This document shows positions 19,627-29,291 of a DNA stretch of 64,000 bases, piece after piece. A model generated the notes under the pieces. The model saw only the letters and a list, made by a program, of their open reading frames with translations, was not told where the DNA came from and ran no database searches. Location: NCBI GenBank assembly GCA_964019335.1, contig OZ025681.1, positions 534,079 through 598,078 on the forward strand. Reading direction: 5' to 3'. The first letter of the stretch is position 1; the number at the start of each line of letters is the position of its first letter. The translations under genes were made by a program, and so were the position numbers. Source of the DNA: Diplonema japonicum. Lineage: Eukaryota; Protista; Euglenozoa: Diplonemea.

Positions 19627-22122
19627 TTACTCGAACATGCCAGCAGCCATGGTGCCTGCAGCTTGGGCGATCATTGTGGGCGGGGCGGAGCTGAGCCACG
19701 CCATGGGGTAGAGGACCAGATGCCCAGTGATGGATTTCAAAAGACTGTCGTCGTTGGGGGGCTTGGTTTGAAGACGTTGAGCTTCTTCGAGGGTCGTGAC
19801 CTCCGAGTTCGGTGCTGCAGGGAAAACCTTGGTGTAGGCGTGGGTGTTTTTGGTGGAGGTGGACCAAATGAGGTCCCAAACCTCGCGAGAAGTGGGATTT
19901 TCCACACGATCATCAGGAACACCCAGATGCTCTGTCCACAGACGCACCCGAAGCTCCTTCACACTATGTGCAGATGGCGATCCATCAATCAGAACAGCAA
20001 GCTCGCTGTCACGGTCTCCAAGGAAAGACCTGTCATTGATGTTGGCACTCCCCAAGATGAACCGGGTGTCATCGACAATGATGAACTTCGAGTGGATATA
20101 AATAGGTGAAAACGTCGCCTTTTTATTCTCCGGAGAATGCCCGTACTGCTGCAGGCACCCTACGAACAGGTAGTTGTCGACCTCTTCTTGCGACCCGAGC
20201 TGCTTCGTCAGCATCGCCACCATGCGGAGGAGCGTCTGGTTCTGAAAGTACAAGATCGATCGGATGAACTGGTCCGTGACGGGGTCGCCTTCTCCATGGG
20301 GTTGAAGCAGCAGAAAAACCTTAAACGACAGCTGGTCCTTCCAGGACTTGACGATACGGTTGACCAATGCTTGCGCAACGCCGTTTGTAATTTCAGGGCC
20401 GTAGACACCGGAGATGAAGTATTGGTTTTCGATGTATATGTAGGACTGGGCACTGTCGATGAGTTCGATGTACTTTGCGTGGATGCTTTTCTCCGGGGCG
20501 CCTGAGTTCCCCGACCAGAGCCCGAGGGATCGGCAGACAGTTGCTTTGACGGTATCGCGGTGGTCTTCTATTTTCTGCAGGTTTTTCTTGTCGTACAAAA
20601 CACGCACGTCTGGTGTGATAAAGATGTTCTCTGTAGTCCGCTTCACATGGTGGTGCCAACGCTGCACGAAGTTCAACCCTACTACGTAGGCAAGGCGGCC
20701 TTTGAGACGCAGGTGTAAGTCGTGCCAAGGGAGCCTGTGCGTTGTTCGTTTGTTCAACGCGGAGACAAATGGTGTTTTCGTCTGCGTAACGGCGTCGTCG
20801 GCTAGAAGAACGGGGTTCCTGTAGTCGAGCCCAGGGAACAGTTCTCCCCCATCGCCAGCATCGTAAAGAGGATGTTCCTGCGTGTCGAAGCGTCCGTAGC
20901 AAGGGTCCAACCCGCCTATGAACAGAACCTTCCAATCGATGACCGTGAACTTTTGGTGGTGAGTGAACTGCAGCGGCCCACGGTGCCGGACAACCTTGAT
21001 GTTCGGGTGCAGCGACTCAAGATACGTCTTAGTGTGCAGCGATGTCAAAGCCGTCGCCCGTCCTATCTCTTGATACAGCAGAATGTATATTTTAACACCC
21101 TCATAAGCCTTCTTGTGAAGCAGATTGTCTAACCTGCAATTCTGATCGATTGTGCAGTCGCCCTTTTTCCGTTTCAGGTATATGTAAGGTGACATCCACC
21201 ATGCTGCCATTAGGACTTCCTTCTCGGCTTGGAGGAGTTCGTTGGCAAGCTCTGGGAAGAATTGTTCGCCGTCGATAAAAAACTTCCCGAGGCCAGGGTG
21301 CGTGGTTGCGCCGTAGGGACGGGAGGCGACATGGCACGCTTTGATGGCTGCGGTGGCTGCGGGGTACTCCTTCGGGGGGATTTTTAACTTCAACGGGCGG
21401 TCGCTGTTGAGCGTTGAGATCCTGATGATGAATTCTTGATTGCTGAACGAAAGCTCACTTATTTCAAGTAACACCAACGTGAAGACAGGCGGTGCCTCAA
21501 TGAGCTCATCCCACGACATGAGATTCTTCGAACTGCTGCTTGAAATGAATGGGGACAGCACTCTCTCCGCTGTGGTTGGTTTCCCAGCTTTGTACAGACT
21601 GAAGAACCCCCACTCTTCCCGAATGGCGAAGATGTATGACCCCTCTGCTAATCTTGCTGATTTGCATTCGTACCTCTCCACCGTGTTCAGCGTGCAAATG
21701 AAATTCGTTTTTCGTTTTGTTTTCGGGATGGCCACCTCGGGGTGTTCTCCTTTCGGTTTCAACGCCAGTGCCCTTCTCACGTCATCCCGCTTCTCGTCCG
21801 ACAGCATGGCGAAGGTGTTTATGATTAGGTTTTTTTTCTTGAGCTCGTTCCACCCAGCGACGTCTTCCAAGAACTTCATGTAGGCCTCCACATCGGGCAC
21901 CATCTCCTTCCTCTCCTTTTTTTTCTTCTTGCTTTTCTTCTCCCTGCTCTTGCTTCTCCTTCGTTTTTCCTTTTTTTCCTTCACACCGTGAGCAGGCGAC
22001 GGCGCTGGTGACGTGCCCCCTGTCCCATGCACGGGGTACTGCATTGCAGCCATGTTCATATTCATATTCACATTTCCAAAACTGGGGCCATATGAGGGGT
22101 ACCCTCCCCAGGATGGGTTCAT
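19627..22122 (-). CDS. PLD: Phospholipase D (PLD1/PLDzeta-like, two HKD motifs)
   Basis: HHQKFTVID, GGLDPCYGRFD, RLPWHD, IYIENQYF, IYIHSKFIIVDD, GSANINDRSFLGDRDSE, LRVRLWTEHLG. Confidence 0.95.
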   Translation of the reverse strand: MNPSWGGYPSYGPSFGNVNMNMNMAAMQYPVHGTGGTSPAPSPAHGVKEKKEKRRRSKSREKKSKKKKKERKEMVPDVEAYMKFLEDVAGWNELKKKNLIINTFAMLSDEKRDDVRRALALKPKGEHPEVAIPKTKRKTNFICTLNTVERYECKSARLAEGSYIFAIREEWGFFSLYKAGKPTTAERVLSPFISSSSSKNLMSWDELIEAPPVFTLVLLEISELSFSNQEFIIRISTLNSDRPLKLKIPPKEYPAATAAIKACHVASRPYGATTHPGLGKFFIDGEQFFPELANELLQAEKEVLMAAWWMSPYIYLKRKKGDCTIDQNCRLDNLLHKKAYEGVKIYILLYQEIGRATALTSLHTKTYLESLHPNIKVVRHRGPLQFTHHQKFTVIDWKVLFIGGLDPCYGRFDTQEHPLYDAGDGGELFPGLDYRNPVLLADDAVTQTKTPFVSALNKRTTHRLPWHDLHLRLKGRLAYVVGLNFVQRWHHHVKRTTENIFITPDVRVLYDKKNLQKIEDHRDTVKATVCRSLGLWSGNSGAPEKSIHAKYIELIDSAQSYIYIENQYFISGVYGPEITNGVAQALVNRIVKSWKDQLSFKVFLLLQPHGEGDPVTDQFIRSILYFQNQTLLRMVAMLTKQLGSQEEVDNYLFVGCLQQYGHSPENKKATFSPIYIHSKFIIVDDTRFILGSANINDRSFLGDRDSELAVLIDGSPSAHSVKELRVRLWTEHLGVPDDRVENPTSREVWDLIWSTSTKNTHAYTKVFPAAPNSEVTTLEEAQRLQTKPPNDDSLLKSITGHLVLYPMAWLSSAPPTMIAQAAGTMAAGMFE

Positions 22123-22238
22123 TTTCTTTTTTTTTTTTTTTTTTTTTTTTACACTGAATGTCTGATATATAATCTTTAAAAAAAATGAGGGCGATCAGAC
22201 GACTCTTCTTCTTTTTTTTTTTACCCCCTTCATTCTCA

Positions 22239-23219
22239 TCAAGCGAAGTAAAACGGCCGCCGCCGCAAGCCCTCCGACTCGGGTATTTCCCGATATTCGA
22301 GTATTTCCAACGCTGAAAAATTTGTTAGGTGTGAAAGCAGCTCCGAGGTGTGCTGGTTGCCCCACGCAAGCTTCCCCATTGTCGTGTCGAAGCTCTCTGT
22401 GTCCACGACTAGGGTGGGAGCGCCGTTGATGGTGAGGCACGAAGCTTGAGAAACTTCGGAACAATAAGAAGAGAAGAAAGAGGCGAAGATCGCTTCCGTT
22501 TCCCTGATGAGAAGGGAGTCGGTGTCGTTCTCCACAATCGCCTTAATATGCAACGGGACGAGGGAGAATTCAAAATCGGAGAACGGATTGATGATGGTTT
22601 GTAGTTTAGAAGACAGTGCGGCATCATCAAGCATGCATATGGAGAGCGCGTCCTGCCCGTTCTGCCATGTCCCTTGAAACTCCGATAAAAGCTGGGTTTG
22701 ATGGCCTTCCTGTATAGTCTCAATGACCCCAGGTGAGGTTTCAATGACAGGGTTGTTGAAGCTTGATTTGTATTTTTTTGTGAACTCGCCGGCAAAATCA
22801 CTGCACCTTTCCAATGACGTGAAGTAGCACATGACCCTGACACCGCCCATGTCGAACAACTGTGGTGATGGAACTCCGTCTGATTCGTCTTCCGATACTA
22901 AAAACACGATTTCTGAACGTGTTAGGTGTCCGTATACTTTCTTGCGTAACATCCACGGGTCGCACGAGGCGGGAAACCCCTCCTCTACCCCTTCCAGTCT
23001 CCCTTGCCGACTTTCTTTCATTCTGTCTATCTTCCCGCTGTGTCTTTTTTGCACCTTCAGCCATGCGTCAATGTCCTCCTCTAGTTGATTCCCGTCTGGG
23101 GGTTGTTCTTGCGTGTACCCGGGTTCCTCGGGTGCTGCCCCGCCCCCTTGCTTCTTGTACATCCCTGCTATGCTCTTCCCCAATGTTAGCTTCCGAAGGC
23201 AGGCCGTTCTGCATAACAT
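22239..23219 (-). CDS. Hypothetical protein, probable mitochondrial presequence, SseB/SseB_C-like
   Basis: Start MLCRTACLRKL resembles a euglenozoan presequence. YFTS...IINPF and FF..EV..A...PFY motif order recalls the bacterial SseB N and C domains. The ORF is well supported; the family call is tentative. Confidence 0.65.
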   Translation of the reverse strand: MLCRTACLRKLTLGKSIAGMYKKQGGGAAPEEPGYTQEQPPDGNQLEEDIDAWLKVQKRHSGKIDRMKESRQGRLEGVEEGFPASCDPWMLRKKVYGHLTRSEIVFLVSEDESDGVPSPQLFDMGGVRVMCYFTSLERCSDFAGEFTKKYKSSFNNPVIETSPGVIETIQEGHQTQLLSEFQGTWQNGQDALSICMLDDAALSSKLQTIINPFSDFEFSLVPLHIKAIVENDTDSLLIRETEAIFASFFSSYCSEVSQASCLTINGAPTLVVDTESFDTTMGKLAWGNQHTSELLSHLTNFSALEILEYREIPESEGLRRRPFYFA

Positions 23220-23361
23220 CCTCTCCTCACCTCCCCCCTTCTTTGTACATAAGTATAAACAAACAAAAAAAAGAAAAAGAAGAGAAAGTGTTAACTTATT
23301 TAAAGGGAAAAAAAAAACCCCCCCCTCACTCAATTTTTTTACCCACTTTTTTTACCCCGTG

Positions 23362-24363
23362 TCACCCCGGTGGAACAGCTCCTTTTTGTTTGCCCCAGGA
23401 GTAGAGCACGGCCCCGATGGTTATGGCGAGCATTCCCAATGCTTCGGATGTGTAGAACGCTTCGGAGAAGACCGCGACTGCTGTGAAGACGACAAGAGCT
23501 TCCTTCAGCTGCCCGGCGATGGAGAGAGAGAGGGCGGAACCAATGTTAACCACCTGCGCCTCGGAGAGAAAGAGAAGAAAGGCACAGAGCGCCCCTGCAA
23601 GGACAGTGGGAACAATACACGCAGCAGAGTCGGTGGTGTGTAAACGGGGGTCGGCAGCTGCAGCAGGAAGCTCATCCGACATCACCAGTAGGACCAAAGA
23701 CATCAAGAACGCGCTCGGCGATGAATAGAGAAGGATCTCCACAGGGGACAATCGCTCCTCCTTGGACTTCAACAGGATCTCTGCCAAGACCCACCGGACG
23801 GCCGCGAAGAAGCTCGCAGTCAGCACCATACCCACGCCAACCAGCGATGGAAACCCCCCCGACAGCTTGTGGTAAAAGCACAACGCGATCCCCCCTGTTA
23901 CCGTCACGACAGCAAGTGCTGTGAGGGTGTTCACCACACCAACCCCTGTGTATATGCTGAGCAGGAATGTAAACGGCAGAGATGATGCTTTCAAGAGATT
24001 CGTCAGTGAAACTTCTGCACAGCAGGACACGGCCCAGTTCGTCAGGCATATGTCGCCACCTGCAGCAAGGCCTACAACACTGGCAAGCCTGAACCTGCTC
24101 CATACCAGCGGGTGGCCTATGCGCCTTAAGTACAGGTAGGCTAGAAAGCCTTTTAGAAGGATGTGGCACGCAGCTATCGTGTTCGGGTACACCAGCCCAC
24201 CGCACATCACAGTGAAGGTCAACTTATTGAACACGTTGAGAGCCGTGCTCGTTCCGTACCATATGAGGCACCACAGAACCAACATGGACCTCAGCTGCAG
24301 CGCGTTAGCCGCCATAATAGCCACGATGATAAGGCATGCTATGATGCGGAGGTCATCGAGCAT
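23362..24363 (-). CDS. Triose-phosphate/nucleotide-sugar transporter family (SLC35C2-like, DMT fold)
   Basis: About 10 hydrophobic helices; WY..S.ALNVFNK, YP, DICLTNWA, LLKASS.PF, AVRWVLAEILL, LLYSSP, SALSLSIAGQLKE, GAVLY. Confidence 0.88.
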   Translation of the reverse strand: MLDDLRIIACLIIVAIMAANALQLRSMLVLWCLIWYGTSTALNVFNKLTFTVMCGGLVYPNTIAACHILLKGFLAYLYLRRIGHPLVWSRFRLASVVGLAAGGDICLTNWAVSCCAEVSLTNLLKASSLPFTFLLSIYTGVGVVNTLTALAVVTVTGGIALCFYHKLSGGFPSLVGVGMVLTASFFAAVRWVLAEILLKSKEERLSPVEILLYSSPSAFLMSLVLLVMSDELPAAAADPRLHTTDSAACIVPTVLAGALCAFLLFLSEAQVVNIGSALSLSIAGQLKEALVVFTAVAVFSEAFYTSEALGMLAITIGAVLYSWGKQKGAVPPG

Positions 24364-24509
24364 GGGAAGGGGTGGTGGAAGCCTTTTTTTTTTTTTTTTT
24401 TTTTTTTCTTTTTTTTCTTCTTTTCCCGTCCGAAAAACTGTGCAGAGGAGGGGGGGGGGGGGGGGGGGGGGGGAATTCACTATGATAGGAACGAAGTGGT
24501 TAGCAACGG

Positions 24510-24920
24510 CCCGCCGCGGTGTACCTTATGATGCTCCCCTTTTGGGGTCGTTCCCTGCTACCCACCGTAGTGCCTAGCTGTCGTTTATATCTTCCAATCC
24601 TTTCTTTCCGGTAATCTTCTCTAAGTCCTTTCAGCTTGGTCGCCGTCAGCCCGATGCAAACAGGGCCCTCCTATCAAAGCGGCCAATGGATCGTAGTGAT
24701 CTCACCTTCTTGCATGGCTGGCCGGAAAAGCGCGTCCTCCTCTTCTCCCTCATCCATGTCGCTTGCAGCGTATCCAGGATCCGCTTGATCCTCACCGCCT
24801 TCTTGCCGACGTCTATCGTCGTGTTGACATTGACCCCCAACGTCTTCTTCGTGTAGCATTCGAGCATTCAAGTCAATCGCCAGCTCGATCGCCGACACGG
24901 ACGTTCCCTCCTCCAGTAGC
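24510..24920 (-). pseudogene. Decayed C-terminal fragment of a second family of the same retrotransposon type
   Basis: VSAIELAIDL...RIKRILDTL...KKVRSLRSIG (two frames) parallels VSKAELAVDF...KIGRILNVL...KSVHSLRTLG at the ORF2 end. Left boundary approximate. Confidence 0.65.
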
Positions 24921-24929
24921 TCCTGTAAA

Positions 24930-27058
24930 AAGTGTGAGTCGAGGGAGCACTAAGAAGCCAAGGTGCTCGAATTACCAAGCAAGACTGTCATGCGAAACTG
25001 CACCATCTTCTCTCTCGCTCTCGTTGCGGCATTGGGATGACGCACAAGGCTCGCACTACCCTTGCAGTATTCAAAAGAGGAGGCTCAAGGCCTCAGAAGT
25101 GCCAGGCACGAAATACTGTTCTAAGTTCACTCCTTTTATCCTCGGCAACCGGGTGAAAGTCTGATGGCCGTATGCTCTCTTCGTTCCTATTTTGAGACGG
25201 AGGATATGCGCAGTGCAACACTTCTTGTACACGGGTTGCTGAAGGGACGATGGAAAGAATAAAAAAGGGGGTAAGTGGGAGTGGGAATGAGTGGCGGGCT
25301 GGGTGGAGTGATGAACAAAAAACAAAAAAGAAATTTAAATCTCTCTCTCCCCCCCCCCCCCCCCCCCCCGTAGTTGTTCTTTTTTTTATTTGGGTAAAAC
25401 AACGTTTTTTCAGTAAAACTATCTCTTTTTCTTTTTTCTTTTTTTCTTCTTCTTCCCGGGAGTAACAGAAGTCGTTTTTCTCCACTGTTTACCTTTTTAA
25501 AAAAAAGGGTTTTTTTTTTTGATTTTTCTTAAGTTACAAGTTTTAGTTCCAAAGTGACTGATAATCACAAGTAAATTGGAGTTAGAAAAACGGTGGGGAG
25601 CAAACCTTCCAGCTGAGAAGAAGCGTAGCTACTGAAAGAATGGTGGGTTCCGAACTTCCCAAATATCCCCCCCCCCCCCCCACAAGAAAAGAGTTACTGA
25701 AAACGTTGATTTACCCCCTTTTTATTATGATCTCACAAAAAAGAAGAAAGAAAGAAAAAAGCAGAATCCACATGGAAAGTGAGGTGAGTTTGTTCCGGAG
25801 CATACACAACTTACTATCGTAATTGCTCTGGAAAATAAGGTTCACCAGCCTTTCGTGTTTCATTTGCTTGTTTGAATCAATATGAGAAAAAGCAAGTAAC
25901 AACGGAAGAGAGGGGAAAAGAGAAAAATGAGAAAGACACATTATTTTAAAGGGGGCCATGGGTTCTCTTGCTCCCTGTAGAGACAAAACATTCCTTTTTT
26001 TTTTTTTTTTTTTTTTGTGCCGAAAAATGACATGTCAAACCAGTGAGACATATAATATGTGTTCTCACGAAACTTATCCATTCTCTTCCCCCCCGCTTCC
26101 CCTTTGATTTCGCTTTTTCGTCTTTTCGTCAAGAAAAAACAAAAAAAAGGGGGGGGTGGCGGACACCACCCTCTCATCCTACTCCCTTTACCATATCCTT
26201 TTGTTTTTTTTAAAATCTTTTTTGTTTTTTTATTTTCTTTTTTTTTTGGAGGGAGCTAGAAACTATATTTACTGTAAAATCTCTTTTTTTTTTCGTTGGA
26301 ACATCAGGAAAAAAATCCATAAAAATATAAATCAAAAAACTATCAGTGCTGGCCAAGCGAATGGTACTATCGTTTTTTTTTTTCTTCTTTTTCTTTTTTA
26401 ATTGAAGTAATTAATTGCACGAAAGAATAGATTTACAGCTTTTAAAAGGTGGAACAGGGACTTTCTTTTTTTCCCCCCCCCCCTTCTTTTCCCCTTCTTG
26501 TCCCCATTGATTTTGCTTTAATTATATTTTTTCTTTTTCTTTTTGCGGTTTTAAATTCAAGTGGCTCTGGGGGGCTGGAAGGTCAACTGACGCATCACGA
26601 ACAGCCCTGCGGAAACCGAGGAGGCTCTTGTTGAGAGCATTGTTCAAAATTGCGGGAGATGTATGGGAAAAGAAAAAGCTACCCTATTTATTTCTTTTCT
26701 CTTTTTTTTTATTTGAGAAAGAAACAGGATTTAAAGGGGAGGGGGGGGGGGGGGGGGTGCAAACCCCTAATTCCCCCACCTTCCTGCGCAAGTGAGATAT
26801 GGTGTACGCCCCCCCCCCCCCCCCCTTCTTTTTTCTCTTCCCCGTTTTTATTCCTCGTCACGTGGGCATGGGGGGAGAAGAACAAGAGAGAATAAAAAAT
26901 AAAAAAAAGCTTTTTCTTCCCCCCCCGCTCCCCTCTTCTGTTCATTTTTATCTTTTCCCCACAAGTGCTCGCGAGAAAAACAACGAAAAGAAAAAAAGTT
27001 TCGAAATGAAAGAAAAAAAAAAAAAAGAAGGAGAAACCCGGTAGAAAGGCACGGAATC

Positions 27059-27092
<34 letters not shown>

Positions 27093-27493
27093 AGGTGACA
27101 GGAACGCCTAACGACAATCAACTCATCTAGTCCGTCGTGGCCATTGATGGACGTGGGGATGCTTCCGATTCTCATAGCCCAGCATGCCAAGTCTTCACCA
27201 CCCATGTGGATCCTGTCCATTGCTATGAAGTCGACAGCAAACACTTGCCCCATTTTAGGGCACTCAGCCATGAGGACAAACGGGATCAGCCTGAAGCTGC
27301 ACTGGAGAGGAGTAACCCACTCTTCTTGCCATTTGAGGATGGTTGTCGCGTGCCGGCCCAGAGCCGATAGAATGCGCGAAGAAAAAAAAAAAGGTGGGGT
27401 GGGGGAAATATCTACACTATTACTTTGTGATTATCGACGTGGCAGGAGTGGGAAGGGGTAAGGGGGGAATGTTTGATTCAGGTGGAGAGAGAA
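24930..27493. repeat. Segmental duplication, copy 1 (direct repeat of about 34034-37085)
   Basis: Colinear near-identical blocks (gtgtgagtcgaggga..., ctgagaagaagcgtagc..., gtttgattcaggtggagagaga) with differing insertions. Confidence 0.9.
27095..27377 (-). mobile_element. Multiply deleted derivative of the 2984-9108 retrotransposon
   Basis: Colinear patches matching about 3011-3046, 3217, 3327-3417, 3431-3496 and 5214-5303; absent from duplication copy 2. Confidence 0.85.
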
Positions 27494-28336
27494 CTGGGTT
27501 TTTTTTTTTTTTTTTGTTTCCCACGAGTTTTGCTACCTTTATACCGGGGGGGGGGGGGGGGGTGAAGAAAGGGTATTGTTACGATTACCACCATTTTCCT
27601 TTCCATTTTTCCTCTTCAATTTGCATTTTTTTTTTTTTTTTTTTTCGCTCTGGTACGAAACGAGGCGAGGGATGCAGAGGAAGAGGAGGGGGGGGAAAAC
27701 AGGAGGGGTTCAAACATGAAAGGAAGAAAAAAGAGAAGAAAAAAAGAAAAAGAGATAAGATGACATGCCAAAACCAGAACCAGCAGCAAGAAACCAACCT
27801 CACGGAAACTGTAAACACTTAACAAAAAATTCAAACAGTCACTTTTTTTCAAAATCACTTTTATTATTATTATTATTCCTCTTTCTTTTCTTTTCTCTTT
27901 TGCTAGTACTAGACACCCCCATGTCATTATATCTTCTTTTTCTTCTTTTTTTCCCCTTTCTTTTGTCATTTGTCCACCAAAAAACACATGCCGCAAACTT
28001 CAAATAGAATCAATTAGAATAGAATGGGGGGGAAGGGGGGAGGACGGAAAATAAAAAGATTTAAATATATAAACTAGATTCCTTTTTTATTTTATTTTTA
28101 AATGACAGAAAGAGATAGAAATGGGTTATGTGATCAGTGCAGAGAACGAGTGATAGAGGGTGAGAAAAAAGAAGAAGTAGAAAAGCAAAAATATGTGTAT
28201 GTATGACTCCTTCCCTGCACCCCCTTATGAAACCGCTCAGTCAAGAGCGGTTACAGTGTTCTTGGCAACGAGACGCCTTGTTGGCTGTGTTGTCCCACTC
28301 TGTGCTGCTTTTCTTTTTTTTTTTTTTTTTTTTTTT

Positions 28337-29165
28337 TATTTATTTTCTGGATTCCCTCTAAAGGAATTTTGGCTAGAGCCGGGAAAATAAAGTTTTCATT
28401 ATTGTTCCCTAGGGGAAAATAAAGTACTTTATTTTTTTCCTCATGTTTTAAGCAGATTTGTGAAAATGGGGCTTCAAAGAAAAGAGGCCGAAAAATCAAC
28501 AAAATTTTGCGGTATTTGTGCCATGGTTGGTGCCCACCGTGGACAGGGGATCCTACACGTGCCTGTCACCATTCTGCTGCTGCATCCTGGTGTTGGCTGT
28601 TGGGGTTTGCCTTTCAGTCATGGATGGCATCTGCAGTAAGAGCATCGCTCGCAGCCCCCTAAGTAAGGAGCTGTTTGGGTGGATGCGCTGGTGCACCCAG
28701 GTTCCTCAGGGAGTTCATCGAGTTCAGCCGCATCCACACCAGAAAGCCCAGGGAGGCTGACATGATAACGTAGTTAGATGCCCTGTACAAAGGAGGACTA
28801 AGCCGTCGAGCCTCTGGTCCCTTTATAGCCCCTGAACCATACCATGAAGCATAAGCACAAAACTGTAATGCCCAGGTTGACTGCCATGCTGAAGGCGTGG
28901 ACGAGCAGTGCAAGCAACCCCCTGTCTTAATGTTATGTCAAATCCTGGACTTCCTGGCTTTGGGGGGTTTAGGAGTACCATCGGAAACCAGAAAATAAAT
29001 AAAATTACGTATTCATGAATTAAAGTGGACTTTACTCTTTCCCTTGGCTGATAATCTGTCCCTCGGAATCTGATTTTCACGAGCGAAGCGAGGGAAAATC
29101 ACCCCCTCGGGACAGATTATCAGCCGCGGGAAATAAAGTCCACTTTATTTTTCATAAATCAATAG
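28337..29165 (+). mobile_element. Non-autonomous tyrosine-recombinase (Crypton-like) relic with long 3' hairpin, inserted in poly(T)
   Basis: Broken reading EFIEFSRIHTRKPREADMIT*LDALY../PSSLWSLYS/LNHTMKHK. Imperfect palindrome 29011-29159 with a CGAGCGAAGCGAG loop. Ends TATTT...AAATCAATAG. Confidence 0.65.
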
Positions 29166-29166
29166 T

Positions 29167-29203
<37 letters not shown>

Positions 29204-29291
29204 GTTGTTGTTAGTACGGTCCCTGAGCCCAGAAATGCTTCCACTTTAAAAATAAACAATTTTTTAAAAAAAACCCTTAATTTGATTCACT

